Shown here: positions 23,900 through 33,913 of the stretch, piece after piece
How the letters are laid out: each line of letters opens with the position of its first letter
Position numbering within the stretch: the stretch's first letter is position 1
Notes under the pieces: model-generated
What the model saw: only the letters and a program-made list of their open reading frames with translations
Told to the model about the DNA's origin: nothing
Database searches by the model: none
Assembly (NCBI GenBank): GCA_004431415.1
Contig: QPMI01000472.1
Location: forward strand, 124,001 to 188,000
Length of the DNA stretch: 64,000 nt
From: Cyanophora paradoxa CCMP329
Lineage: Eukaryota > Plantae > Glaucophyta
Direction: 5' to 3'
Position numbers and translations under genes: made by a program

Positions 23900-24183
23900 G
23901 GAGATTGATTCAAGAGGGCGGTCCAGGGTGTGCGTGAGACGCGGTAACTGCTTGCAGTTACATCACCCAGGGACTCCCGGGCGATGTTGCCGCGTTGGCG
24001 GGGCGGTTTGGAGAGAGTGGCCGGCATACCTACGCAGACATCGCGGCGGACGCTACCTAGGCTGTCGCGGCCTCTACTCTCGCACTGGTGATCGCGCACG
24101 CAGCGCTACGCTGCGAGCTAGGCGGGTTGGCAGGCGCCTTCCTGTTTTTTTCCCACGGGGGGTATCCCCGTGCCCATCGGTGC

Positions 24184-26315
24184 GGGCTTTACCTCCTGAA
24201 GTCCGCTGGACGCCGGCCGACTCGGCGACTCCGCGCAGGGGACGCGCATGCCGGCGGGCTCGCCCACTTGCGAGGCCTGCCCGCCGAACACGGTTTCTGG
24301 GCCCGGCGCTTCCGATTGCAGCGCCTGCGAGGCGGGGTTTGTCTCCGACGATGGGCTGGCGTGCGCCGCGTGCCCGCCCGGGTTGTTCCGCGCGAGCCTC
24401 AATCCGAACGCGGCTTGCACGCCGTGGTACGTCAACGTCGAGGCTCTAGATCTGTCCGCGTTGCATCGAATAGTCGCGCTCCCCGCAGCCCATCGGGAAC
24501 GTACGCCCCCGGGAACGGGAGCGCGGTCTGCCAGGCCTGCCCGCCGCGAACGCTCTGCCCGGTCGCTACCAGCGAGCCGCACTTGCTCGACCTCTCCTCC
24601 GCGTCGCTGCGGTCGGAGCCGACGAGGCGCCGGGCGCGCCGCCGGGTGCTGGACTTCGATCCCGAGGACGCGAACCTGAACGGCGACCCGTTCGAGTACG
24701 GCAAGAACACGGGGACGGTCACTCAGGTCCGCGGAGCACACTCGAGCGTCCGCGTCGCCTATCCAACACGCGGCCGCGCAGGCCGTTGTCCGCACGGAGG
24801 AAGAGACGCTGGACCGCACCAACAGGGTACGATCCCACTTCAAACATTTGAGCCTCGCCCGTCCTCCGCTGAATTTCGCAGCTCTTCGCGATCATCGGGG
24901 CGGGCGCTGTGTTCGGCGTCGCCCTGGTCGGGCTCGCTGCTTTCCTCTACCTGCGCGTCCTGCCCGCCGCAAGCATCGACCAGCGCGCCGCGCGCTACCG
25001 GCGCGTCCAGCGCCTCCACCTCCTCTTCCGCGGTGCCTCCTCTGTGGTCGTGTGGCATCAACGGCGTGCAGTCTGACGCGATCCGCAGAGGAGGTGGAGA
25101 CGGACGAGACAAAGGATGAAAACACCGCGGAGGTGGACGGCAAGCAGAGCCAGACTGGCAAGCACGACGAAGCTCGAGCCCCGACGGACTCGGACGCGTA
25201 CAGGAAGGGCGATCAAAAGGGGCGGACGGTCTCCGGCGCCGTGTTCAGCCTCCTCGCCGTCGCCGCCGTCCTCGTCGCTCTGGCCTTCGTTTTTGTCCAG
25301 TACGCCATTGCGAACTACAGCATCGTCCAGAGGCGAGTCCGAACGTGAGAAGAATGGCTGGACAAAACGGCTGAGATCGCTTCGCGCAGCCTGAACCCCG
25401 GCGTCTCGCCGTCGGCGGGCAACATATCCGGCGCCTTCTCCTTCTCCGCCACCTTCCGCGGCTACCGGGGGGCCTGCGCCGCCAACGCCGACGCCGCCTT
25501 CGCCGCCTCCGGCATCGCCGGCGCGCAATCGATCAAGACCTCCCCGTACGACTCCGGCGCCTCGTGCAAGTGCGCTTCGCCCCGCCTCCGATCAAGCTCC
25601 GCGCTCCTAACTACAGCAGCGTCACCTGGACCTGCGATGCGTGCCGCATCTCGTCCATCTCCGGCGCAGGAGTCACGCTCCGCCTCACCTCCCGCCTTGC
25701 CTCCGCCGTGTCGATCCTCTACACCATCAAGGCGAGCGCGCCTTCCGACTCTGCAGACCGCCGTCGGCGCCAACCGCTGCGCAGGTACCGGAGCTCGTGA
25801 CCGCCGACGGGTTCGTGCAGACCTCGCGCAACGACACGTGAGCCTCGGCGGAGCTCGCCATGATTCCTGCAGCTGACGCCCGGCGCACAGGGTCTTCCGC
25901 GGCTCGACGGCCGTCCCCCTCCCCATGGCCCTCACCCCCATGCACTTCACCTCCACGGACGACGTGCGCCGCCCGCCCCGATCGACCCTTCTCGCCGCGC
26001 TCACTTCTTTCCGCGAAGGGCCGCCCGCGCTACTTCGCGGCGCTCTCCCTATCCGACACCGCGTCGGCCGAGCGAGACCCCGCCACCTTCGTGCGCGATC
26101 TCGACGGCCCGATTGACCTCTGCTCAAAGTCGGGCGCGCGCAGGGCCTCTGCTCGCCGAACCGCCCCCTGGCGTCCGCCGAGTGCGCCGACGAGTCGGTC
26201 GCCGCCTCCGCCACCTTCCGCGTCGCCGAGGCGCGACTTCACCCGACACTCTCGCGCCCTTCCTTACTTCTGACTGACTCCGGCGCCTCAGGTGTACGTG
26301 CTCGTCGACCGCAAG
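24184..26315 (+). pseudogene. Host gene, 3' part: last Cys-rich repeats and two transmembrane helices; cut by viral insertion
   Basis: CPPNTVS and CPPGLFR repeats; hydrophobic LFAIIGAGAVFGVALVGLAAFLYL and AVFSLLAVAAVLVALAFVFVQY; last exon CAG|VYVLVDRK abuts AT-rich DNA at 26316. Confidence 0.75.
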
Positions 26316-26400
26316 ACACATATTGAAAAACGAATTTAAATCCCTCCGCTTCGCGCTTCGCGCTTCGCTCCTGGATTTAAATTCGTTTTTCAATATGTGT
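26316..26400. repeat. Terminal stem-loop of element A: perfect 28-bp arms, 29-nt loop with (GCTTCGC)x3
   Basis: ACACATATTGAAAAACGAATTTAAATCC (26316-26343) / GGATTTAAATTCGTTTTTCAATATGTGT (26373-26400). Confidence 0.95.
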
Positions 26401-26885
26401 TAATTTAATACTAAAATACATATTTTTCGATTAATTTCTTTAACTTTTTATGCAAACTTTGTATAAAATAATGCAAACTTTGTATTAAAAATGAAAACGC
26501 GTTTACCAAAATGCATATTTTCGATTAAACTTCGATAGATTCAATTGATCTTTTATCGATTGATTATGTACTTTGTTGTTTACATACAAATCTGCGATAG
26601 ATTAACATTAAACTACTTAAAGAACGATATAATCGCGATTAATTCGCATAAATTCGCATAAACTCGATATATCTCTCATGTATTGAAGTAGACCACCGCC
26701 CATTCTGTATCGAAAAACGCAAAAAGTGTCACAGAGTTGCATGGTCTCCAATTGAACAATCGATTAGATTCCATATGTTCTATAAAACATAATAAATGAA
26801 TTCAAGTGTGACAGGTAGTATTCAAATGATATTCAGTAAGAGATATATTTGTTTTTGAGAAAGTCAGTAAGAGGGGTAGAATGTC

Positions 26886-27590
26886 TGTGACAGGTGTGAC
26901 AGGTGTGACAGGTGTTTTCAAAAGTCTGTCATTTTTGAAAAATTTAAAAAGTTTGAAAATAGGTGTCACACCTGTCACACCTGTCACACTCAATTAAACT
27001 ATCTGTCACACCCGATCTCCTTACCATTTTCAGTAAGACAGAAAAGTATTCATGAAATCGACTATTGTTGGGTGGATTTTGAAGGTGTCACACCTGTCAC
27101 AAAGACTGTTTTCAGTAAGACAACAATAAATTCTTGACAATCTCAGTAATAAATAGAGTCTTTTGTTAATTTGGTGTGACGGGTGTGACAGGTGTGACAG
27201 GTGTTTTCAAAAGTCTGTCATTTTTGAAAAATTTAAAAAGTTTGAAAATAGGTGTCACACCTGTCACACCTGTCACACTCAATTAAACTATCTGTCACAC
27301 CCGATCTCCTTACCATTTTCAGTAAGACAGAAAAGTATTCATGAAATCGACTATTGTTGGGTGGATTTTGAAGGTGTCACACCTGTCACAAAGACTGTTT
27401 TCAGTAAGACAACAATAAATTCTTGACAATCTCAGTAATAAATAGAGTCTTTTGTTAATTTGGTGTGACGGGTGTGACAGGTGTGACAGGTGTTTTCAAA
27501 AGTCTGTCATTTTTGAAAAATTTAAAAAGTTTGAAAATAGGTGTCACACCTGTCACAGGCGTCACAGTCAATTAAATAGGTGTCACACCC
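26886..27590. repeat. 289-bp tandem repeat (about 2.4 copies) with converging GGTGTGACA / TGTCACACC iterons; putative replication origin
   Basis: GGTGTTTTCA at 26911, 27200, 27489; 9-bp iterons flank an AT-rich core in inverted orientation. Confidence 0.8.
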
Positions 27591-27789
27591 GATTATCGGA
27601 CCATTTTCAGTAAGCCCATCTGAAATTCTGAATTTCTCAGTGTCAACTAACTCGGAAATCGCAATACTCTATGTTTCTCCGATTTCTCCAACCCTGAAAA
27701 CACACCTGTTATTCTCTCATCTATCTCATGAGATACTCTCGTTTCGCCAAAAATTGACAAACGATTTCCCATCATGCTGTAAAGGAAAC

Positions 27790-28044
27790 ATGCCGATTAA
27801 CCAGCAATATCACAATTTCCATGGGACTTACATCTTGATTGTCAAGAAACTCCCAGAGCATTATGAGATCTTCCAAGAGATGGGATTGCGAATTACAAGG
27901 AGATCAACCCTTTGTAGATTCTTGAAAAAGAATGGTGCTAAATGGGATAAGACAATTCGCAAATGGTATACAGAAGATCCCAAGAGTCCCCTTCTGGATG
28001 TTTTCGAAACAGTGAATTTGGATCGGTTTAATCATTACCAATAG
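27790..28044 (+). CDS. Small protein with DUF5710-like motif
   Basis: LKKNGAKWDKTIRKWY matches the GAxWDxxxKxWY pattern; ATG at 27790. Confidence 0.55.
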   Translation: MPINQQYHNFHGTYILIVKKLPEHYEIFQEMGLRITRRSTLCRFLKKNGAKWDKTIRKWYTEDPKSPLLDVFETVNLDRFNHYQ

Positions 28045-28960
28045 CCAGAAACTCCAACTGGAATGAGTTGTCTATCCCATTCATGTCTACAAGATCACCA
28101 TAATAATCTCTAAACTCAACTGTTAACTCTCTAATGACCAAATTGCGATCGGTTATTTTTATGTATTCACTGTGCTCTCCACTGTGATAAACATACTGTC
28201 CAATATCTTTACTTAATTGCAATCTGAGAATCGCCCCTTGATTCTGTGGTTGTGATCTTGGGACAATATTGTGGTTTGTAGCAAATGGGGAGAGTTCTTT
28301 AATGTGCATGTATAAATACTGTTCTGCATTCATATCTGTCATCTTGGATGCTTCTAACTTGTAGTTTAAGCGAGATGCCTCAAATTCATATCCTGTGAAT
28401 GTTATTCCCCATTGGGGATGGTTTGGGGTGATTGGTACTCCTGCAAAATAGAGGAAATTCTCTGGGGCATATAAAGACCTTGCAGACTCTGGGAAATCGT
28501 AGATGTGCTCAATTGAAGCGACCCAATCAACAGAACTCACCCCAAGAAGTTTACCCAATCGCTGTGTAGATGCTACCAATTCGAATTGAACATTACTGTA
28601 AAACTCTAACTTGTAGGAAGTAGGGTTGTAGTAGACCTTGAATGCATATGTGAGATTGTTGCTCCCAGTAAAGGTGAAATTCAGACCATAATTATATGGA
28701 CTGGTGACCCCGAAATGCCCTTGATTAATATACCCACTTGGGAGAAGGAAGACCTGTTTGGTTTCAGAGATGCCTTGGTAGAAGAATCTGACAAGAAGGT
28801 GGTCTGTTCCAATGGAATTATAGATGCTGTTGGGGATCTCTGCATACAAAACTCGACATTCTCTTGGTTTGGTTACTGGGGTTGTGAGTGCAACTTTGTA
28901 GGAGTTTTCTATTTGTCCATCTGATCGGTCTCTGCTATCTATATTGACCAGCCGAATCAT
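28028..28960 (-). CDS. Putative minor capsid (penton-like) protein 1
   Basis: N-terminal IDSRDR and C-terminal LTVEFRDYYGDLVDMNGIDNSFQLEF typical of PLV/NCLDV penton-like proteins; homologue in B. Confidence 0.75.
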   Translation of the reverse strand: MIRLVNIDSRDRSDGQIENSYKVALTTPVTKPRECRVLYAEIPNSIYNSIGTDHLLVRFFYQGISETKQVFLLPSGYINQGHFGVTSPYNYGLNFTFTGSNNLTYAFKVYYNPTSYKLEFYSNVQFELVASTQRLGKLLGVSSVDWVASIEHIYDFPESARSLYAPENFLYFAGVPITPNHPQWGITFTGYEFEASRLNYKLEASKMTDMNAEQYLYMHIKELSPFATNHNIVPRSQPQNQGAILRLQLSKDIGQYVYHSGEHSEYIKITDRNLVIRELTVEFRDYYGDLVDMNGIDNSFQLEFLAIGND

Positions 28961-28988
28961 TTTAATATATGTTTATAGATAAAAGAAG

Positions 28989-30017
28989 ATGCCTGTGGAT
29001 TACATTGAAGTGAGCTCTTTCAATACAATTTCGGGAGATGGACCTACTTCGAGTTTTATTGCTCGCCTCCCCAGCACATATGAATTTGTAAGAGCAGTAA
29101 GACTGGTCTCAGCAGAATTTTATAACAGCATTCCCATGGTGAGTGGTGAAACCAAACCAGGAGATGTGACAATAGATAATGCAATCTACCTTTATTGGTC
29201 TGAATATCTTTCTGGTGCAGGAAGCACTGGTATTCCAACTGATCGACCTGCTGCTGATTATGAATCATGGAAACACATTGTGATAAGTCGCAGCACACCC
29301 ATTCAAAACCACCAACAACTGGTGAATGTAATTAACTCCAAACTTGCATTGAGAGAGCCACCAGTAGCAATTCGCTGTAAATGGGATGATACACTGAAAC
29401 GAGTAATATTCCATTCCACCATACCGTTTTACCTGGCTTTCTCAACTGCAATAAACCCAACCCAGGCACAGATTCAGAGGTTTTTGAGTTCTGCTCGACT
29501 GCTTGGTCTTGATCCTGGGAGATATGGTAACACACCAATCCAATCACAGGTGTACAATACTCTTACTGATGGTATCTTCACTGGGTCGATGGTGCATGGT
29601 ATTATATCTTCATTTGAACCCGAGAAGACCAGGGATAGTGTCCTATTTGTGAGAGTAAAGGAGTTGGGTGATCTTGTGCAATGTGGTGATGGTCTCCTCA
29701 CTGGATATTTCCACAAAATCGTGGTTCCTGATAAAGATTATGGTGAGCATGTCGTTTATAATTCGACAGAAGCCCATCCGATTTATAAATACTATAACAA
29801 GAATCTGGGGCTCTCCACATTTTCGGTTGACATTGTGAATGCAATTAATGAACCAATTGATTTCGAGGTCAACCTGTCCACCTCACCTTCGAAATTCGAT
29901 ATGGTGATGAACCTGCTGGTGATCCTGTGTACGAATACTTCAAGAGGAGAATGGCGGAAACACATCCATCTTATCCGGTTATTGCGAATTTTGCGTAAAA
30001 TCAAGGATCATTGGTGA
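28989..30017 (+). CDS. Putative minor capsid (penton-like) protein 2
   Basis: FIARLP...VRAVRLVSAEFYNS and LSTFSVDIVN...PIDF; homologue in B at 63383. Confidence 0.65.
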   Translation: MPVDYIEVSSFNTISGDGPTSSFIARLPSTYEFVRAVRLVSAEFYNSIPMVSGETKPGDVTIDNAIYLYWSEYLSGAGSTGIPTDRPAADYESWKHIVISRSTPIQNHQQLVNVINSKLALREPPVAIRCKWDDTLKRVIFHSTIPFYLAFSTAINPTQAQIQRFLSSARLLGLDPGRYGNTPIQSQVYNTLTDGIFTGSMVHGIISSFEPEKTRDSVLFVRVKELGDLVQCGDGLLTGYFHKIVVPDKDYGEHVVYNSTEAHPIYKYYNKNLGLSTFSVDIVNAINEPIDFEVNLSTSPSKFDMVMNLLVILCTNTSRGEWRKHIHLIRLLRILRKIKDHW

Positions 30018-30024
30018 ATTTTTT

Positions 30025-31424
30025 ATGTTGCAGTATAATAAAAGAGATAATCATGGATATTACTTCGACCCTCCAACGTCTTTCTCTGAAAGAAGCTCTA
30101 ACAACCCAGAAGAAGCCAAGGCGTTCTTCTTGGACAACTCTCTCATGCTTGGTCTTGAATCCAAGTCGAAGCCAGTTCTTGTTGTTGTGAACCCAAGCAA
30201 CACTTTTGAGAATAATGCTGGAAATCGCATTTCTTTCAAGCTCCCTCGCTACAATTTCTGTGGAAAACTCGAACTTGCGTTTGACCTTCCAGCTGTCACT
30301 TTTGCTGGTGATACCGACCTTGTTCGCAATGGATACGTTCGCCCAGTTGGTGCTCTTGTCTCTCGACTTGAAATCACCTATGGATCTTACACTTTCCATG
30401 TGCCTTCTGATTTCCTTGCTCATTTCCCTCTTATCTATTACAGTGAGGATCAACTCGCCAAGAAGAAGCGTTCAATGGGAATGGTTCATGGTATCCCTGC
30501 CCATGGAACCAACCGACTTGGTGGGTCATTTTCACTGAAATCCCAGTCCCATGGCTAAACCACTACCTACCTCTTGGTGCTCTCTCAGAAGAAATGGTGG
30601 TAACTGTCTGGTTCAAGGATGCTGGAAAGGGTTATGTTGAGACTTCTTATGGTGGTCGTGCTCTTCCTGTTGTTGGTGGAACAGCTGCTGATAAGACAGA
30701 GGATGATGGACTTGGTGCTACTGCTAATGCTACTCTTGCCCATGTTGGTCAACAGATCACCACTTTTGGAATTGGTGCAACAACAAACCCCGAAATTAAA
30801 GTCACTTCTCCTCGTCTTTACATGCATGCTATTAATGTTTCTGATGAACTGTTTGCTACTGTCATTGAGAAGGTGAAGACCACTGGTATGGCTATTCCTG
30901 CTCTGGATATTGGTTTTGTTGACAGTGTCAATTTTGCTGCAAAAGGCAATGCTCAACCAAATCGTATTAACCTGTCACAGATCTCTGGTCTTGTCTATGG
31001 TCTTCTTGTTTCAGTTCGTGATGCCGCAGGTATTGATGGTTTCAATGGTTCCCACAGTGTCCTAAAAACGCATGCTAACTCAAAAGACATCACTTTCACT
31101 GTTGAAATTAATGGTCAACGTCTCTATGCTACTGAGCCCATCCCTCTCCTCAAAGGTGCCGAATTAATTGCGGATGCCTTCAAGTGCTCAAATATGGACA
31201 AGGTTGCAGACAAATATGTCCTCAGTGGTCTACCATTCTGTGTTGATGGAGAGAAAGCGATTCGCAACATTGCCCAGTCTGGCTATGTTGATCTCACGAA
31301 CTCCTCCTCTTCTTTCCTCACTCTATACATGCCTTCTGACCAGACAATCACAGTTAATGTTCGTGCTCTCATGCACAGTTTCATTATTGTTGACAAAGAT
31401 GGTCTCCGACGCATTAATCTGTAA
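30025..31424 (+). CDS. Putative double jelly-roll major capsid protein (frameshifted; 30025..30558 + 30594..31424)
   Basis: About 450 aa, beta-rich, GNRISFKLPR...KLELAFDLP; lies between pentons and packaging ATPase; biased codon use suggesting high expression. Confidence 0.7.
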
Positions 31425-31486
31425 AACCATGATCAGTAACATTTCGTTATTTTTATCTATCTTTATTAAGAAAGATCCACAAAGCC

Positions 31487-32268
31487 ATGAACGATTTGGA
31501 AGAATTTAATGCAGGCGAAATGATAACCCCACCATTTCGTGCTCTTTTCATAGGAAAGTCTGCAACAGGCAAGTCAGAATGTGTGAAATATTGGTTGAAA
31601 CAGCTGCATGATGCGAAAAAGATCGATACTGTTCTTGTTGTGAGTGGGACGTCCTTCAATCATTTCTGGGATGCAGTTGCAACATTGCAACTCGGGAAAT
31701 GGGATGCTGCTTACATTTCCAAATTACTGGATGAAAGGCAGGAGAAAATCGAAAAAGGGGAACCTGTGAATCAAATGTGTATTGTCCTTGATGATTTAAT
31801 AGATAATGAGTTAGTCGATTTAACTCGCGATAAAATTGTTGGCTCTGTTTTCAATAGGGGCGCCATGCGATGGTGTCCTGTGTCTGCATAACTCAGAAAT
31901 TGCGTAAGGTTTCTTCAACAATTCGAGTAAATTCGGATTATGCTGTGTTCCTGAGTGCTGCTAATCGCAAAGAACTCGAAGCAATTGAAGAGGAGTACAA
32001 TATCATGCGAAACAAGGACGATTTCTATAAGATGTTCGAGGAATATGTACACTCCTACCAATATATTGTGTGGTCTTCTGCAAATTATTCGGTGAACTAT
32101 TATGTTGATAAAGCGGATTTGGTCAAAGATTTCCCATTTCCTCGGTTCCACAGGAAGCCCAAAAAGAAAGAAGATGAACTACCATCTCCACAGAAAGAGG
32201 AAGCACCCAAAGAGGTCAAGAGTGGTGTTCATTCAAACAAACTGATGCGATATAAGAGAGGATTGTAA
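31487..32268 (+). CDS. A32/FtsK-HerA-like genome packaging ATPase (frameshift near 31860)
   Basis: Walker A GKSATGKS, Walker B CIVLDD, NRG(RH), ITQ...IRVNSDY. Confidence 0.9.
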
Positions 32269-32296
32269 AATAATCTCTGCTTCTTATAAATATACA

Positions 32297-32530
32297 ATGC
32301 CTTCGAAACGCAAAGTTGGCGTTCCTGCTGGTGCTATGTCATATTCTGCATCATCTGGAACCGGTTCTATTAACACAGATCCCATGAAATTCAATGGTGT
32401 CAATGAAGTGAAAGCATCACAGCAACAGGAGGATCCCTCAATGCTGCTTACGAAGAATCACCAGATGATAAAGCACCCCAAGCATCCACCAGTGATCAAC
32501 TCAATATTTCGCCCGAAACCTCTAAGATGA
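32297..32530 (+). CDS. Hypothetical viral protein
   Basis: ATG after AT-rich spacer; stop overlaps next start. Confidence 0.55.
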   Translation: MPSKRKVGVPAGAMSYSASSGTGSINTDPMKFNGVNEVKASQQQEDPSMLLTKNHQMIKHPKHPPVINSIFRPKPLR

Positions 32531-33081
32531 AGGCAGTTGGTGAAGGAGCTCGTCGAATTATTGGTGCTGCTGATGACAAAGGACTGGGTCTCCAAGATCT
32601 CTCACTTGCTCGCAAAGGTGAAGGTGTCTCCAAGGAATCAGACAAGGTAATTCAATCCATGGCTGGTGAGGTGACCTACAAGGTCGCACCTACACAGAAT
32701 ATCCACCGAATTCCCAAAGCCCAATGGGACGAAATGACTGCGAAACTGAAAGATCTGGAAGCGAAATCCAGTGCTCTTGAACAGTATGTCTCTGAGAAGA
32801 AAGAGAGAGCGAAATTGAAGGAGATGCTGCGAAAGGAGGTGTACAGAATGGGAATCACTGGTCTCCCAGATAAGCAATTCATTGGTAAGAAAGAGACTCA
32901 AATTGATGAGCAAGCAGTTGATGAGATGAAGACCAAAACCCAGAAGGGCACCATTGAACCTGGTGCTACCAAATCAGAGTTGATAAAGGTGTTGCCCCAA
33001 CAGTATATAAACGACGAGTTTGGCTTTAATTATCTTGCATTAAGAGAGAGAGCATCATGGATTTCTTGCGAAAACTCATAG
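32527..33081 (+). CDS. Hypothetical coiled-coil viral protein
   Basis: 184-aa K/E-rich ORF in the gene array. Confidence 0.65.
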   Translation: MKAVGEGARRIIGAADDKGLGLQDLSLARKGEGVSKESDKVIQSMAGEVTYKVAPTQNIHRIPKAQWDEMTAKLKDLEAKSSALEQYVSEKKERAKLKEMLRKEVYRMGITGLPDKQFIGKKETQIDEQAVDEMKTKTQKGTIEPGATKSELIKVLPQQYINDEFGFNYLALRERASWISCENS

Positions 33082-33290
33082 AGATGTTTAATCTCCACAT
33101 TGTGAGCAATTGTCACAGTGGCTGCTGTGAAACCAAAGTCGAAATCGAATTCTCAGACACTGAAAGCCATGGATCAGGTGGTAGGAGATTATCCACAGAC
33201 TCGGTGGATTTCGAGGAGCATATTAAGACAGAGACAGTGAGGCGAAGGTCTGTATCTTTCACAGATCCAAAATTAAATATCGGTAATTAA
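33057..33290 (+). CDS. Hypothetical viral protein with CHSGCC motif
   Basis: 77-aa ORF continuing the array. Confidence 0.5.
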   Translation: MDFLRKLIEMFNLHIVSNCHSGCCETKVEIEFSDTESHGSGGRRLSTDSVDFEEHIKTETVRRRSVSFTDPKLNIGN

Positions 33291-33491
33291 TATCGAATGC
33301 TCAGTCTCCCTGAGATCTATGCTATCCTTGAAAGGAAATCCGCTGAATATGCAACAGAAGCCGCAATAAAAAAGCGTAGACAGGAACTGGTCTCGATCTG
33401 CAAAAAATGACAAGGGATTTAAGGGTAAGGTGTGTTTGATTGGTGAACCCGGACAAATTATTTTCTCGTCCAAATATAAGGAACATATCAA

Positions 33492-33719
33492 ATGGAAACT
33501 GAATCTGTGGTCGAATTCGAACTTGCAATGAGCGAAATGGATCCCAATGAGAGGAAAAGGTTGTATGACCGCTTGTACTTCCAGAAACGCTATCAAGATG
33601 AGGAGTTCCGTGAATTATATCGTAAAAAGGCACTGGAACGATATTATCGCAGGAAAGCTGCTGAGATGGATCCCAATAATCCAGTAAAACGCCCAGTTGG
33701 TCGTCCCAGGAAATACTGA
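33492..33719 (+). CDS. Small basic putative DNA-binding protein with AT-hook-like end
   Basis: C-terminal KRPVGRPRKY. Confidence 0.65.
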   Translation: METESVVEFELAMSEMDPNERKRLYDRLYFQKRYQDEEFRELYRKKALERYYRRKAAEMDPNNPVKRPVGRPRKY

Positions 33720-33913
33720 ACCGCCCCCAAAGTCCCAAATATCCGCTGAATCCTTTTTGTTACCATGATCGATCGACTTTTCGATGGATCATTACCATAT
33801 ATCGAGCGCCAATCGGAAAACCCAAAGGTATTTAAAGGTTAGCCGCCAAAAAATGACAAGGATCCGGAGAAATTAATTTCTCCATTAAGTATAAGAAGCC
33901 CCCAATTATCGAA

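Larger units (their letters stand above)
15875..24167 (-). mobile_element. Non-LTR retrotransposon (APE-RT-RNase H), apparently full length, no separate ORF1 seen
   Basis: 16-bp TSD CCGTGCCCATCGGTGC (15859-15874 / 24168-24183); intronless domain series on minus strand; no poly(A) tail. Confidence 0.93.
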
